Below the pieces are notes generated by a model. The model saw nothing but the letters and a program-made list of their open reading frames with translations, was not told the DNA's origin and did no database searches. Positions 1-14,629 of a DNA stretch of 64,000 bases are shown piece after piece. The stretch lies in assembly GCF_006345805.1 (NCBI RefSeq), contig NC_043003.1, forward strand, positions 68,572,001-68,636,000. The letters are read 5' to 3'. Each line of letters begins with the position of its first letter. Position 1 is the first letter of the stretch. Source of the DNA: Octopus sinensis. Its lineage: Eukaryota. The position numbers and the translations under genes were made by a program.

Positions 1-42
1 TATATATAAATATATGTATATATATATATATATAATATATAT

Positions 43-132
<90 letters not shown>
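1..132. repeat. (TA)n/(TG)n microsatellite
   Basis: Direct reading. Similar TA/TG/TAGA/TACA/TAA tracts recur throughout the window (e.g. 2160-2361, 7966-8210, 20596-20868, 22764-23200, 31030-31640, 46160-46401, 47730-47972, 60230-60712). Confidence 0.98.
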
Positions 133-135
133 ATT

Positions 136-299
136 TATAGCAGTATAAAATACAATTATAATAAAGGGCAGAGAGGGTAACTAGCATATATGCTGAAAAT
201 AGACGCTAAATCTTCGAACCAATCTTTAGCGTCTATTTTCAGCATATAGGCATGGTATACTTTGTGACCTTAATTATCATTGTATCTTATACTATTATA
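136..299. mobile_element. Small palindromic (fold-back) element
   Basis: Perfect 24-bp inverted repeat 187-210 / 225-248 (TATATGCTGAAAATAGACGCTAAA) with a 14-nt loop. Imperfect outer arms at ~136-168 / 268-299. Abuts a microsatellite. Confidence 0.7.
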
Positions 300-408
300 A
301 ATCTCTCTATATGAATTCACCTTAATAGGTCTATATTATATGCTGGCCACTGATAACATTTTTTATGACCTTATCCTTTATTATTATAAATATTCATATA
401 TATATAAA

Positions 409-556
409 CGACGGGCTTCTTTCAGTTTCCGTCTCACAAATCAACTGACCCAAGGCAACAGTAGAATACATTTGCCCGATTTGTCACCCTGTGTGACCGA
501 ACCTTAAACTATGTGGCTGGGAAGCAAATTTCTTACCACATAGCCACGCCTGCGCC
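409..556 (-). mobile_element. tRNA-derived SINE (family A head)
   Basis: Reverse complement matches 4200-4358 (GGCGCAGGCGTGGCTATGTGGTAAG... GACGGAAACTGAAAGAAGCCCGTCG). Confidence 0.8.
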
Positions 557-834
557 TATAAAGTTTTGAAAATTATCTTATTAATACAACTTTCCACTGA
601 TTTATTTCTCGTCTTCTTTGAGATAAGCAAAAGATTTGTATGTCAGACCATTTTATAACTGGCGCGGGACCAACTATGATGTGGGGGAGAATATATTTGA
701 TCATACCTGCCTGAAGATATCACTGGTACTTGATTTATCAATCTGAGAGTTATGAAGACCAAATTCGATACATGTCAGAGACATTTTTGTTGCATTTTCA
801 AAAATAAAACGTTCACAATTTTCGTTTCCCTGTC

Positions 835-1165
835 TTCTCTCCCTCTCTCTCACGTATTCTCTTTCTCTCATTCTGTCAATCTCTTTCTCATTCTCTCTCT
901 CTTTTTCACTCCCCCATTCTCTTCTATTTTTGTCTCTCTCATTCTCTCTTTTTCTCTCCCTCAGTCTGTTAATCTCTCTATCACATTCTATCTCTCATTC
1001 TGTTAATCTCTCTCTGTCTCTTTCATTCTGTTAATCTCTCACACAATCTCTTTCCCTCATTCTGTTAATCTCTCCGTGTTTCTTTCATTCTATTAATCTC
1101 TCTCTCACACACTCTTTCTCCTTCTCTTTTATCCCCATCTCCCACTCTCTCATTCCGTTAATCAC
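835..1165. repeat. Degenerate pyrimidine-rich minisatellite
   Basis: About 8 diverged copies of the unit CTCATTCTGTTAATCTCTCT separated by CT runs. Confidence 0.8.
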
Positions 1166-1329
1166 ATTCCACAGTTGCATATTATACAGACGGTTACATT
1201 ATGGCTGGTAAGCCACATGTAGGAGTCACACTGATAGTGCTATTTTGGTATAAGTTAAGAAAAACGTGAGTCCATTGTGTGTTTAGGTTTACATTCAAAG
1301 AATAGAAAATAGATGTTTAACAACGTTTT

Positions 1330-1450
1330 AAAATTTTGGCACAATGGCAGCAATTTCTTGATGGTGGGAGCTAGTTTTCAACTGGTACTTATTTTATCGA
1401 CCTTAAAAGGATAAAAGGTAAAGACGACCTCGGTGGAATTTGAACCCATA
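1330..1450 (-). mobile_element. SINE family C fragment
   Basis: ACTGGTACTTATTTTATCGACC...AAAGACGACCTCGGTGGAATTTGAAC is the reverse complement of the element at 16327-16531. Confidence 0.7.
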
Positions 1451-2178
1451 AAGCATGTGTCACAGTTAGAGTTTCACGAATATTGGCTGTGTACACATTT
1501 GTATTTGAGTTCTCACTGTCAAAGCACAGGCTTAACAAGTTCTTTGGATTCTGGACATTATTATTTTCAACTCTTAGTTATCAAAGTAATTACTTTTTTC
1601 AAAGACAATTCATATTTCAAACTCATACAGTTTGGTTAATTTGCATTGTCTCATAATTGCATGGCATCTCTTACAGCTCGAAGAATGGATTCTTTGATGT
1701 ATTTCATTCCCTAGAAAACGAAGAATCGATATGATGCATCCAACAAATTTCTCACTACTGGGTGACAAAAACAATCTTTTCTTTTCGGGAAAAATCTCAG
1801 TACTTCCTTTTAACACTCTGAAGCAAATATTGCAAAAGGAATGGATTGTCATGCGAGTCGTTTTAAGTAGGTAAGCAGATTAGAGGTGTAGAGTTAAAAC
1901 TTTTAATAGCTACGCACGTAAGTAGCAAAAGCAATGAAGTTTTACGTTTCTAGGTTTAATGATGTCTTTACAGAAGCTTAGATACTAAGTAGATTTGAGG
2001 TACAACAGATGGAAACGTGTAATTATAAGAATGACACCTCTTCTAACATAAAGAATTAAATTGGGAGAACTTTATATGCGCTATTCCTATTTCGCATGAA
2101 CATTCTAACAAGCATACACACACTGATGCACACTCTCATATAGGCATGTATGCGTATGCTTGTGTATATATGTATATG

Positions 2179-2213
<35 letters not shown>

Positions 2214-2303
2214 ATATACTTATACATATATATACACACATACATACATAAATACATACACACATACACACACACATACACACACACATACACACACACA
2301 CAT

Positions 2304-2364
<61 letters not shown>

Positions 2365-4199
2365 AGTAGTTATGAATACAGAAAATAACATAAAACAGCG
2401 GCGGCGGAAGAGCTACGAAATACACTTTTATCCAAAATATTGGGATTTATAGGACTAGTACTTGCGCATTGCATTATATAGGAACTTAAAGGCAAATCTG
2501 TTGGAGGTAATACATGCAGAAGATGTTATCAGTTATGTTTCTGCATGAATCTATTTTACTAAACAATATAAATTCTACAGTAAAAATGAAACTTAAATCC
2601 AAGTCTGAATAAAATTTATCTGGCTATAAATTTAAGCAATAGCACTTCTTATCTGAAATGAAAGATCTCCGCATTTCTTGAAAGTTATGTATTGCCACAA
2701 TAAACTAAGCTGATTATTGAGTATTTGTGCAGCGACAATGGTAATAAAATAAAATACAAGAGTGCCTTGGAGTCTAAACAGTAGCAACCACAACATCGAG
2801 GATTTTCTACGCGGTCGTTTGTTATGCTAAGCATATCCATCTCGATTCGTATCAGAATTTGTATAAAAACATGAAATGATAATGGCCAGAACCCCGTTCA
2901 ATCACAGGATAACTTGATCGGAAATGACATACAGCGACACAACTACTACTTACTGAAACCGTTTTTCATGTGATGCGATCAATATAACTTAGTGATGACT
3001 CTGTAAAAACCATGCAAGTTATTTACGACGAAACCATATAATGGACCAACTAGTTATTATCTGTGTTTTATGAAATATGGCTCACCCCAGTTGTAAATTA
3101 TATGCCAAACGCACTCACATATTGACATCTATTTCTTATCATATCTACATCACGTGTCAATGCACGACAAGAAAATGAAAAGTTTCTATTAAAGATAAAG
3201 AAATAGTCCAGTTAGCTGCATATAAGGTTAAGTTCGCCCGTTTCCATATATTTACATTTCATCTAATAAAAATACAACTTTACTCGAGTCAATATTCACG
3301 AAAATATACAAATGCAAGGTAAAAATTAATAAATTCCTGAGAAAAATTAATTTAACCAGAAATATAAAGAAGCTAGAAACTATTCAAATAATCTATATAA
3401 AATATGTGGTTTCGGTTTTATGTCATCTTCTTTATTTTTTTTGTTTGGCAGTAAAACATTGCTACGCAATAATATTTTTGCACGTCAACAATCCTATGAA
3501 TTTATCTGGATATTGAATACTTTATTAAGATTGATAAGTTCGAGAATGAGAAAAAATGGAAAACAGGGAAAAGAAATCGTGACAGCTAACTTTTCTCATA
3601 AATCACTTCTAGAATTTTTTTATTTTGGAAAAGTATTTTAACAATTTTGTCTTCTACGTACTTAACACATGTTTCTTCATTTTCAAGTTGTTACAGTGGG
3701 TGCTTGATATTTCATCAAATTGCTATTGTTACTGAAGATTTTTTTTCTTTCTGCACCTTCAGTTGCCGTGAAAAAAAAAAACAAACATGGTGGTTTGGAG
3801 TATTTGCTGCTGACAGCAAAACAATATTAGAAATTACTCGACTCCCATGACACTATTCATTCGGAAAATGATATGTGGCATTCAAGCATATTAATCTTTG
3901 GCATCCATTGCTTGTTTCAAATACCACTCATTTGCAACACCTTAATAAGATTAACAGAATTGATTCGGTATAAATATTGAATATACATAAATGATTTCAA
4001 GCAATGCGAATGCACTGAAGAAGACAGTACCATTATCATTATATTTGAGTTGAATGTTTTCATCTCATATCGTTGTGTCCAGTCCAAGTTATAGTTTTCA
4101 ATCTACTTTTGTATCTATTTCCTGAAGTCTAGAACCATGAATCGTAAAAACTAGAATTGAGACATAGCGTAAAGGGACATTTAAAATAGAAAGTCAATA

Positions 4200-4587
4200 G
4201 GCGTAGGAGTGGCTGTGTGGTAAGTAGCTTGCTTACGAACCACATGGTTCCGGGTTCAGTCCCACTGCGTTGCACCTTGAGCAGGTGTCTTCTACTATAG
4301 CATCGCGCCGACCAAAGCCTTGCGAGTGGATCTGGTAGACGGAAACTGAAAGCCCGTCATATATATGTATGTATATGTATATGTTGTGTGCATATGTTTG
4401 TGTGTCTGTGTTTATCCCCACAACATCGCTTGACAACCGATGGTGGTGTGTTTCTATCCCCGTAACTTAGCAGTTCGGCAAAATAGACCGATAGGCATCC
4501 AAAGAATAAGTCCAGGGGTCGATTTGGTTGACTAAAGGCGGTGCTCCAGCATGGCCGCAATCAAATGACTGAAACAAGTAAAAAAGT
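4200..4587 (+). mobile_element. tRNA-derived SINE with internal TA/TG tract and LINE-like 3' tail
   Basis: A-box-like GTGGCTGTGTGG and B-box-like GGGTTCAGTCCC. Central CACCTTGAGCAGGTGTCTTCTACTATAGC. The 3' tail GGCGGTGCTCCAGCATGGCCGCA...CTGAAACAAGTAAAAAAG is shared with other copies in the window. Confidence 0.85.
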
Positions 4588-4811
4588 ACCACAAATATAC
4601 AATTTTCGATCCGATTTATATTTGATGTATCATAACATATGACTGATAGGTACTTTATCGAAATCTGAAGGCTTAATGAGGTTGTAAACACCAACTTTCA
4701 GGAAATGTAACGCAAATTATATAGGAAGATAACTAATTCTGCAAGAATTCCCAGACAATCTGTCGATTCTGGCACTGAAATTCTTATAACTGCTAAAATT
4801 GATATCCTACA

Positions 4812-6043
4812 TATCAGGTTGAGTAAAAACAAAGCAACATTTTGAACCATGAAGAATCTGTACCGGATTTTAGCAGAGTCTTCAATATTTTTTAAACATT
4901 TCTTTTTGCAATTGTCTGACATTAGTGACATATATTTGCCCAAATGCATCAATAAATTAACATTAATATTTTTTCACTGTTTGCTATTCAACTTAAAAAA
5001 AGAAGGTAATGCAACTGAAACTGCTCGCAATATCAACCAAACGTTTGGTGAGGAAATTACATATGTGTGGTCAGCACGAAAATTGTTTAAAATATTTCGC
5101 TGTCGAGACCTGAAACTTGAATATCGTGAGCGTAGTGGATGCCCATCTGACATAGATGACAGTCAATTAAAGACCACCATTGAGAAAGATTCGCGTAAAA
5201 CCACTCGAGAACTGACAAAAAAACTTTAAGTTTGTCAGTAAACCGCCTGCAACCATTTTCATGCGATCGGAAAATCAAAGAAACACGACGAATGGATACC
5301 ACACGACTTGAATGAAAATCAGAAAATACGCAGATATGAAATCTGCTCGTCGCTTCTTCACCGTAATCAGATCGATTCATTTCTCAACTGTATTGTAACT
5401 TCGAATGAAAAGTGGATTCTGTACAATAATATAAAACGTTCTTCGCAGAGATTGGACCAAAATCAAACGGCCAAAATCTTCCCTAATCCGAGTTCTTCAG
5501 GAAGAAGATTAACGTGACTGTTTGGTGGTGTACTTCTGGACACATCCATTATAACTTCTTAAAACCCAGAAGAACCATTACTGCAGAAACATACTGCCAT
5601 GTAATTGCCAAAATAAACGAAAAACTGCTACTCCTCTGCCCCAGACTGGTCAACAGAATAGGGCGAATCATTATTCATGACAATGCTCCAACACACTTTT
5701 CATTAATGACACTCTAGATGTTGAGACAACTTGGCTACGAAGTTCTTCCTCACCCAGCTTATTCCCCAGACCTTTCTCCTTCCGACTATCACTTTTTCAA
5801 GCACCTTGATTTTTCTCTCCGATAGAAGGAGTCCAAACATCAAACCTATGCTGAAAATCCGTTCAAAGAATTCATCAGTACTCGAACTCCAGATTTTATT
5901 TCAGCGAAATAAACAAACTCGTTGGCAAAAATGTGTTCCCTATAATTTTACTTGTTTTGATGAATAAAATTTCCACATTGTTGAAACATATTGTGTTGAA
6001 ATTAACGTTTCAAAACGTAGCTTAATTTATACTCTGCCTGATA
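4812..6043 (+). mobile_element. Full-length decayed mariner DNA transposon (transposase pseudogene)
   Basis: TIRs TATCAGGTTGAGTAAAAACAAAGCAACATTTTGAA and its diverged inverse ending at 6043, ~1.23 kb apart. ORF pieces give an HTH (NATETARNINQTFG...RSGCP), IVTSNEKWILYNN, TVWW, HDNAPTH and HPAYSPDLSPSDYHFF. Multiple stops and frameshifts. Confidence 0.95.
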
Positions 6044-6359
6044 AATATACTACATCAGATTTAACGGAAGAGGTAGAGTCGATTTTATCAACCCATTACT
6101 CACTACTTAATTAGTATTTATTTCATCAACCCACCAGAAGAATGAAACGAAAATTGCCGGCATTTGATCGCAAGACATAAAGAGACATATCCGCTGCACA
6201 AACGATTCTGTCGATCCATTTCTATTAATGATGACAAGAGTAATTCAGTGCTAATTAAGGATGATGTCGAAAATATTTTCGAGAATATTTTCGACAATTA
6301 TTAATGTCTGTAGCGCGCAATCAAGATGGCTGCGGAAGTAAAAGTCGAAGAATTTCATT

Positions 6360-6675
6360 TTTCATTTGCTTCAGTCATTAGACTGCGCCGAGGCTGAAGT
6401 AATATCTTGAAGAGTTCAGCTGAATAAATCAGACCCAGTGCTTTTTATTAAGTAACTATTATAATTGTATCTTTGACGTGTTGTCAAGCGATGGTTTGTG
6501 ACAAACACACACATACATATACACACATATACACACATACAAACACACACACACACGCGCGCACACACAAATGGCATTCGTCAACCCGTGTTGTCAAGGT
6601 TGCCGCACAGTCAGACTGAAATCGAGGCCACATAGTCACAAGGCTAGCTTCTTAACCATACATTCACGCTTGCTA
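6360..6675 (-). mobile_element. Degenerate SINE (family A/B) remnant
   Basis: TTGCTTCAGTCATTAGACTGCG..., GTTGTCAAGCGATGG and CTTCTTAACCATACA are diverged reverse complements of 4200-4587. Confidence 0.6.
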
Positions 6676-7201
6676 TATTTTCACCATATGTCTTAGCAAT
6701 CTATTTCGAACACACTCATTTTCAATTCGTTTTATTTATTATCAATATTGTTGTTTATTTCTTTTTGTTGTAGACCCAATGTCTGATTAGGTTTCTATTA
6801 TTTTGTTCACAGAAAACCAGACATTGTATCAATCATTGGCTTCTAACGCACCAATAGAAATATTTCCAAGAACAGCGTATGGTGTTTCTTCTCCTATCTA
6901 GACACACATCTCAACAAAATGCTTATTGAATAATTTCTTTTGTAAATCTTATTTTGTATGGCAACTTAGCTTTCGTTGCTGTTTTGCTTTCAGAGGATGA
7001 GTTCTAAAACAAATTGTGAATATTCGAATTGTTAATTCGGTTAAATTGTAGTACGTCTGTCATGCTCGCAGGTTTCGGTCCGAGTCACACGGGCAGGCTT
7101 TCATCTTTTACTATCCAATGGATTTCATAACCAAATATTCCGCACGCTATCATATTTTTATCTACTTCGAGTTTTGCCTTTCTTTATAAAAATGGTAGAA
7201 G

Positions 7202-7419
7202 GCCACCCGTTAGACTAAAAAGTCCATCTCTTGTGAACAAGACAAATGTGCTAGCATTACACCAGAGCAGTCCTTCGAGTTTTCTCAGTACGTTTCTTAC
7301 CCCTTTTAGAGATGTTAGCTTCTTAAATGGCCAAAGAAAATTCGAAGGACTGCTTTGGTCTGATGGCAGCACATCTCTCATGTTCACAGAGGTAGACCTT
7401 AGTCCCACGGTTAAGTGGC
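7202..7419. other. Long imperfect hairpin (~85-nt arms, 49-nt loop)
   Basis: 7202-7285 pairs with 7335-7419. The inner 25 bp (7261-7285 / 7335-7359) is uninterrupted, including two G-U pairs. Confidence 0.8.
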
Positions 7420-7960
7420 GAAATATTCTACATGCAAATATTGATACCTTTATGTATTTCGAATTCCACCATCAAAGCGATTTATTTCATATATCTTGAA
7501 GTTTATAATAAAATAATAAAAAAAATTATAACGGGAAGATTATACAAATAAAAAAAACCGACTGAGAAAAATCGAAATTTCCTTTGAAAGAATGCTAACA
7601 CAGGTATCTTGTTCACAGATGTGGGTTCCAATCCCACAGGCAACTTTCGACACGTTTTAATTCAAGAGAAGTGTGAAAGAAAATAAACCACATACTATTA
7701 CTAATAGAGATATATACATCTAGTTCCATCGTTAAACAGTTTGTGTTTACGAATGTGTGTATGTGTATGTGTATGTGTGTGAGTGTGTGTGTGTGTGTAT
7801 GTGTGAAATGAGAAAGGAAATATATGAAAATTGCTATGAAAATGATGAAATGAGCTTATGATTATGATGTCACTTGTCTTAAGTTATACATGATTCCGTA
7901 ATTAATAATGGTGGTATAATTTCATTAATGCATAACTAGCTAATGAAGATAATGTTATTG

Positions 7961-8035
<75 letters not shown>

Positions 8036-8072
8036 GAGAGAGAGAGAGAGAGAGAGACAGATACATAGATAC

Positions 8073-8181
<109 letters not shown>

Positions 8182-8874
8182 GGATAGATAGATAAATAGA
8201 TAGATAGATATGCAGATAATACTTAATTGCTATTAACACTAATAAATGAGGCAAGAAGTGGAACATTCATATTGTTCAATGGAAATTTGCAATTAATGCA
8301 AACGTAATTGAGACGAAATGTAAACACAATTTATTGACATTAATCATAGGTGTTTGTCTTTGTGTATGTGTGCGAGTGTGTAATCTAAATTGCTTACGTA
8401 ATACCTTAAACTGGCTGCCTACATTTCGCTTAGGGCAATCTCCATATTTATCCACCTTTGTGCGAATTGTCTGGGACTACACTAATTTGATATTATCGGT
8501 TGAAGATTTCAAGTAATGTTAATACATTTTCATTGACAGATTTACCACTTGATGGGAAATCGAATTTGCTGTCCATGCAATATCATGCGTTTTGTTTCTC
8601 GTTCCTATGAGTCAAATGAAATTATAGCCATATCGTAAACACATTATTACTAAACGCAAGGTCACAGTAAGGTCTTTCTCTCTTTTGGAATATTAGCTTT
8701 GATGAAATTGTAACTTTGAGCCTTCAGATAAGGTAAGAAACCTCCAAGACTGTGTCCGTCATAATTTTGGAATACTGTTCCTGTTGTAGTTAGATGTATT
8801 ATAACAACTATTAATTTTAACCAATAGAGTATTTCCTAGTACTTTTTCAGCGTGTGTGTGTGTGTGTGTGTGTG

Positions 8875-9158
8875 TGTATTGTGTGAGGGTGTCTTTAATG
8901 GTATATGTGTTCTTTCCTCAGCTCGAGGCTCTGTTCTTTCCCCTTCCCTCTTCCTTTTTTTTATTTTATGTATTTGTATTCACTCTGATGAACCTCCATG
9001 TACTAGATCTAATGACGAATTTTATTTTCGGAACTTTCTTTGTAGGCACCGAAAGACTTTGGTAGGCGAAACGATCGTAAGCAATGTTAAGTTTTGCATT
9101 AAAAAATTATAAATCGATGTTGGTCAATTTCTTTGTTGATCAAAAGTTTTCTCTATAT
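8875..9158 (+). mobile_element. Penelope-like terminal-repeat remnant with HHR-like motif
   Basis: CTGATGA (8985-8991) - A CCT...AGG C (long stem II) - GAAAC GATC GTA (9068-9079). Stem I is imperfect (ATTCACT / AGCAAT). Confidence 0.6.
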
Positions 9159-9189
9159 GCAGAAATTAGATTAGTTAAATATGTTTGAG

Positions 9190-10050
9190 AATATTGCAAC
9201 TGGATAAACTACCGGCATCAAAATGCTATAAAAGTAGGTAGTAATTTTACCATGTACTTATTCTTAGTGCAAGTTTTGAAGAATGCAGTTCGATTTTAAT
9301 ATTTATTTTTTCAAAGTTATAATGGAAACGACAAAGAAGCATATTGGGCATATTTTGCCTTATGAGTTCAATAAAGGCAACAACGCAACGGAAAGCGTGA
9401 GGAATGCTACTTCAGTATATGGGGATACTAGAAGCGTAAGCTAATGTCAAGAGTGATTCCAGAAATTCCGAGCAAGAAACTACAGAACTTCGACCTGGAA
9501 GATCTGTAGACATCGACGAGGACGTCCTGCAAATCCTGGTGGCACGAAATCCTATCATAACTGCTGAGAAACTAACAGAAAAGCTGGAATTTGGTCATTC
9601 AGTCATCCATCGACATCCGCGTGCCATCAGAAAAGTCAAGAATTTGGGTCAATGAGATCCTCACAAACTTGCCGAGAGCGAATGTGTGCAATTCTTTGCT
9701 ATCACGTTTCACAATTGAACCTTATTTTGGACCGAATAGCGACTAGTGACGAGGAATGGGTTCTCTATAAAAATGTCAAGCGCCGAAGGCAGTGGGTAGG
9801 GAAAGGAGAAACACCAGCACCCCAAGCTAAAGAAGGTCTTCACCCACGTAAGGTGTTGCTATAGCTTTGGTGGATATGAAACGTTTAGTCCAATTTGAAC
9901 TGTTAAACCCAAACTAAACGATAACAAAGGAAAGCTACAGTGAGCAGCTTGAGCGGCTTACTTAAATCAGCGCTAGAAAGAAAACAACCATCATTGGTTT
10001 CAAGACGAAAGGTGTTTTTCCATAAGGATAATGCTCGGCCACATACAGCG
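9190..10050 (+). mobile_element. Mariner transposase pseudogene, 3'-truncated
   Basis: From ATG 9322: METTKKHIGHILPYEFNKGNNATES. ORF 9652-9864 gives LDRIATSDEEWVLYKN...LHPRKVLL. FHKDNARPHTA occurs near 10018-10050. Many stops. Confidence 0.9.
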
Positions 10051-10220
10051 AGTGAAACAATTGTCTAGGTTTAATCTACATTTTTGTTATTTTCATTTGT
10101 CCTGCTCCCTTACGTTCATAGTTGTGCTAATTTTCCTTGAGAACAATTCTTGGTGGTTGAGACCATTGCGGATCTATTTTTAGCGCAAGAGCGTCCACAT
10201 AGTGGATTCTCTCTTATATT

Positions 10221-11226
<1,006 letters not shown>

Positions 11227-12440
11227 ATTGTAACTCAGTCTTAATGTGCAATCCAGAACACCTCACTCAAAACTATGAATTTATGTTGTTCTTTAAATGT
11301 TTAAAATCAAACTTCTCTAATTGTATATTTAACCAGCATAAGTGTATGAAATTACGTATGTATAGATATATAAAGATATAGGTAGAACGATAAATAGATC
11401 GATAGATATACATATATTATGATGAAATATACAGATACATCACATGCACTATCGAACATTGGAGAAGAGAAACAATATCTTCCAATGTTTCCCCTGACGG
11501 CTTCTGGAATATTCTGGAAGGCTTTCGCTTAAATAAAACTAAGAAATTCATTTATTATGCACACTAACATGTTTGATATGAAATATATATGAGAAGACAT
11601 CTAAAAAATAATTTGTAAGAAGACTTGAATTTTTAACTCTTCATCTCCATTTATCTTTTTATCTCCATTTATTTCAGTAACTATTACCCATCTCTCATTT
11701 CATAATTTTGTTGTCAGAATCACGTTTCTTACAAGTAAGTCCAAAAGAGTTCGTAACTCGGCCCCTTTTGAAAAGTCTCAGGTCTCTTATTACTCAAATT
11801 TGTTCGAACGTATTCATTTTAGTCTATTCATAATTCCCTATTCATAATAACCCTACCCTTTCTCCTCCTGATGTTTCTTCTATAATAATAATTTCCTTTC
11901 ATTAAACATTTACGGGATCCCACGATTCGCAACTGACTTACATTTCTGTTGGTTTCAAACCTCGATATAGCAACTGAAACCATAACCACTTCCAAACAAC
12001 CGTTTTCTTAAGAATAGACACAAACAATTTGTACATTTGTTGCAAGTCATTATCACTGCAGTACTTTATCGGAGCCAAACATATATCGTCTCACTTTATT
12101 TTGTTATATTTTACAACTCTATAATGGTACAATCACATTGTCGCCTTCATGTTTAACCAAATTCTCATTTGTCTTACTACTATATAATAACAAAATCTAA
12201 ATTAACCGGGGTGTATACATTTTATTTTTCAACTGACGTTATTAACTTCTTCTACATCTTTGTTATTTTTTTCATTTTTACACCCTTTAGTATATTTGGT
12301 TTATCTTTATATTTTACCTTATTTATCCTCTCAACGAATACTTCAGAATATTTCCAAATATTTTATTTCAAATTTTTCCCTTTCATGAATAAGTCCAATT
12401 TACTTCTCATTAACTTTTTCATATACATGAATTGTTACAA

Positions 12441-12441
12441 T

Positions 12442-12482
<41 letters not shown>

Positions 12483-12514
12483 TATCATCACCATCATCAT
12501 CATCATCATTATCA

Positions 12515-12572
<58 letters not shown>

Positions 12573-12593
12573 CATCATCATCATCATTATCAT
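12441..12593. repeat. (ATC)n/(ATT)n compound trinucleotide microsatellite
   Basis: Direct reading. Confidence 0.95.
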
Positions 12594-13326
12594 CCAAATT
12601 CACATATTTTCAGGCATCCTGTTTATTTTACAAATATGAAAATAACCACAAATGTTCTTTATATATCAGTTCATTAAATTACACTCCCGACATTTCAACA
12701 AAATGCTTTTATTTCATCTCCTAATTTCACCCTTCTGTCCGCCGTTCTCTCCATTAACTCCAATTTACAAATATTTCGGTCTCCAAATATTTCCGCGGTT
12801 AATATTCCGAATCTCTAGAATTCAGTTTTAACAAATGCAGAAACAACATTAATTACAAAAAGACGTTACATATTGGATGAACCCCAGACACAGTTCAGAA
12901 AACTCACTATGTTTCACCTCGTTTTCTGTCGTTTAATTAAAGCTTGCAAGGTCCACTAAATTGTATTACCTTCAGCCTCTAGGTATTATTGCAACGACAC
13001 TGACGACCATGCATTTATAATTTCCATTGCAACAAATGACGTATGATTTTGATGTAATTTTAATCGTCTTTGAAATATTTAAAACGTTACAAACAATGAA
13101 TTTCCGTGTATCAAATATATTCCACTGATCTGTTACAAAAATGTCGCACATGGCTTAGAGATCATAATCTACTAAGGTTAAAATGTTTAATAAATCTCTC
13201 TGTCGTTTTTCTCTTATAAATTAAAAAAAAAGACATCTGTTCAGTTCGCTTTCGTATTTTCGTATCGGTGTGCTTTGAGACACCATGTTATATAGTAACG
13301 TTAAGAAATAAGGAAATTAAAAAATG

Positions 13327-13376
<50 letters not shown>

Positions 13377-13400
13377 CATGTGTATGGATGTATATATATA

Positions 13401-14356
13401 TTTTTTTTTTATCTGGTTTCAGCTCATAAGCTGTGGCCATGCTGGGGCACCGCTATTCGGTGTTGCTACATGATTTTACTTCACCAATGCTTTTTATCAA
13501 TTGACATTTGGTGTATGAGAGAGTTTGATGCAGCTGCCCTCATCTGCACCTCCTGCCGTGAAGTTGGTTCATCTGGGACACCTGAGAGGAAGAGATCTAG
13601 TTTTATTTTAAAGACATCTGCCTCCACCCCATGCAGGTCTCTTAGGTTCTTCGGGAGGATATTAAAGAGCTGTGGTCCTCTGAAGCCCAGGCTATCACAG
13701 TATCTTGTCCTACATCTTGATGGCAAATTTGGAGTCCTTGGCACTATGCAGTGGCGCCCAGTTCTAGTATTTGTGTAACTCTCGATGCCAAAGTTTGGGA
13801 CAAGTCCTTCCAGTATCTTCCAGATGTATATTATGGCATCTCTTTCTCGCCTACGCTCTAAGGAATAGAGTCTCAATCTCTTGAGTCTTTCCCAATAGCT
13901 TATATGCTGCACAAAGGCTATCTTCTTCGTGTAGCTTCGTTGGATCGCCTCCAGTTCTGTGATTACTTTGACACTGGTTGGTGACCATAGCTAAGAGCAA
14001 TAGACAAAGTGGCTTAGGACAAGTGTCCTCCAAAGGACCATCATGGTTTCCTGGTCTCTTGTTCTAAAAGGTCTAAGAATCCATCCAGTAAGCCGCCTAC
14101 ATTTCATTGCCAATTTAGCCACATGCACATGAAAGTTTGCATCATTATTCATGTAAATACCCAGGTCTCGCACTGATTGTGCCTCTGGGATTGCAATCCC
14201 TCCAGGTCCAGTGTATTTATTGGGTATTGCATTTAGTTTTGCATGCTGATAGCATAAAACTTTAAACTTTTCAGCATTGAACTGCATGCTATTCTTTTCA
14301 GCTCACTTGTATATTTTGTCCAGGTCACATTGCAGGTGCATAGTGTCTTCAGGGTT
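13401..14356 (-). mobile_element. 5'-truncated non-LTR retrotransposon (CR1/L2-group) RT C-terminus and 3' tail
   Basis: ORFs MQFNAEKFKVL...VRDLGI...LVLSHFVYCS and YWERLKRLRLYSLERRRER.AIIYIWKILEGLVPN...GPQLFN.LP. Ends in a poly(A)-like tail. Paralogous to 35031-36215. Confidence 0.92.
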
Positions 14357-14445
14357 TATATACATATATGTATGTATGTATCGATTTTCGTTTTGGAATT
14401 TGGGTTGCAAGATTCTTTATGTGAGTTCGTATGTCGAAACATATT

Positions 14446-14629
14446 CTGTTGTGTCTGGGGAGAGTCATTTTCTTGTGCCTTATAATTTAACACATTCACC
14501 GGTAAAATTCCCACTTATTTCTGTTTTTTATTTTCCTAAAAGAAGTTTCAAAATGCAACGAAACTTTTACCGGTGAATGTGTTAAATTATAAGACACAAC
14601 TAGAAAATGACCCTCCTCAGACACAACAG
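14446..14629. mobile_element. Palindromic non-autonomous element
   Basis: 62-65-bp imperfect inverted repeats at 14446-14507 / 14565-14629, next to a TA tract. Confidence 0.75.

Noticed and set aside
835-1165. Repeat-spacer-like array resembling CRISPR
   Set aside because: The spacers are low-complexity CT runs, the context is eukaryotic and there are no cas genes. It is an ordinary minisatellite.
2056-2425. Many ORFs rich in YI/HT/CV/LSIY/poly-I/poly-L (here and at 10-12, 20, 22-23, 31, 36, 41-48, 51, 54, 60-62 kb)
   Set aside because: They are translations of TA, CA, TAGA, TACA and TAA/ATC microsatellites, not proteins.
7131-7499. Open frame overlapping the long hairpin
   Set aside because: No recognisable domain, no ATG start and no convincing splice sites.
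7620-7640. GTGGGTTCCAATCCCAC T-arm/B-box-like hairpin
   Set aside because: No A box or cloverleaf; at most a tRNA/SINE relic.
8697-8732. 36-nt micro-exon candidate (pyrimidine tract-TAG ... AAG|GTAAGA)
   Set aside because: Such signals arise by chance in 64 kb. No partner exons or homology are visible without RNA data.
11700-12830. Possible decayed Penelope ORF (minus-strand CNKCTNC, KCLMKG..Y)
   Set aside because: Too degraded to support by eye; needs tBLASTx.
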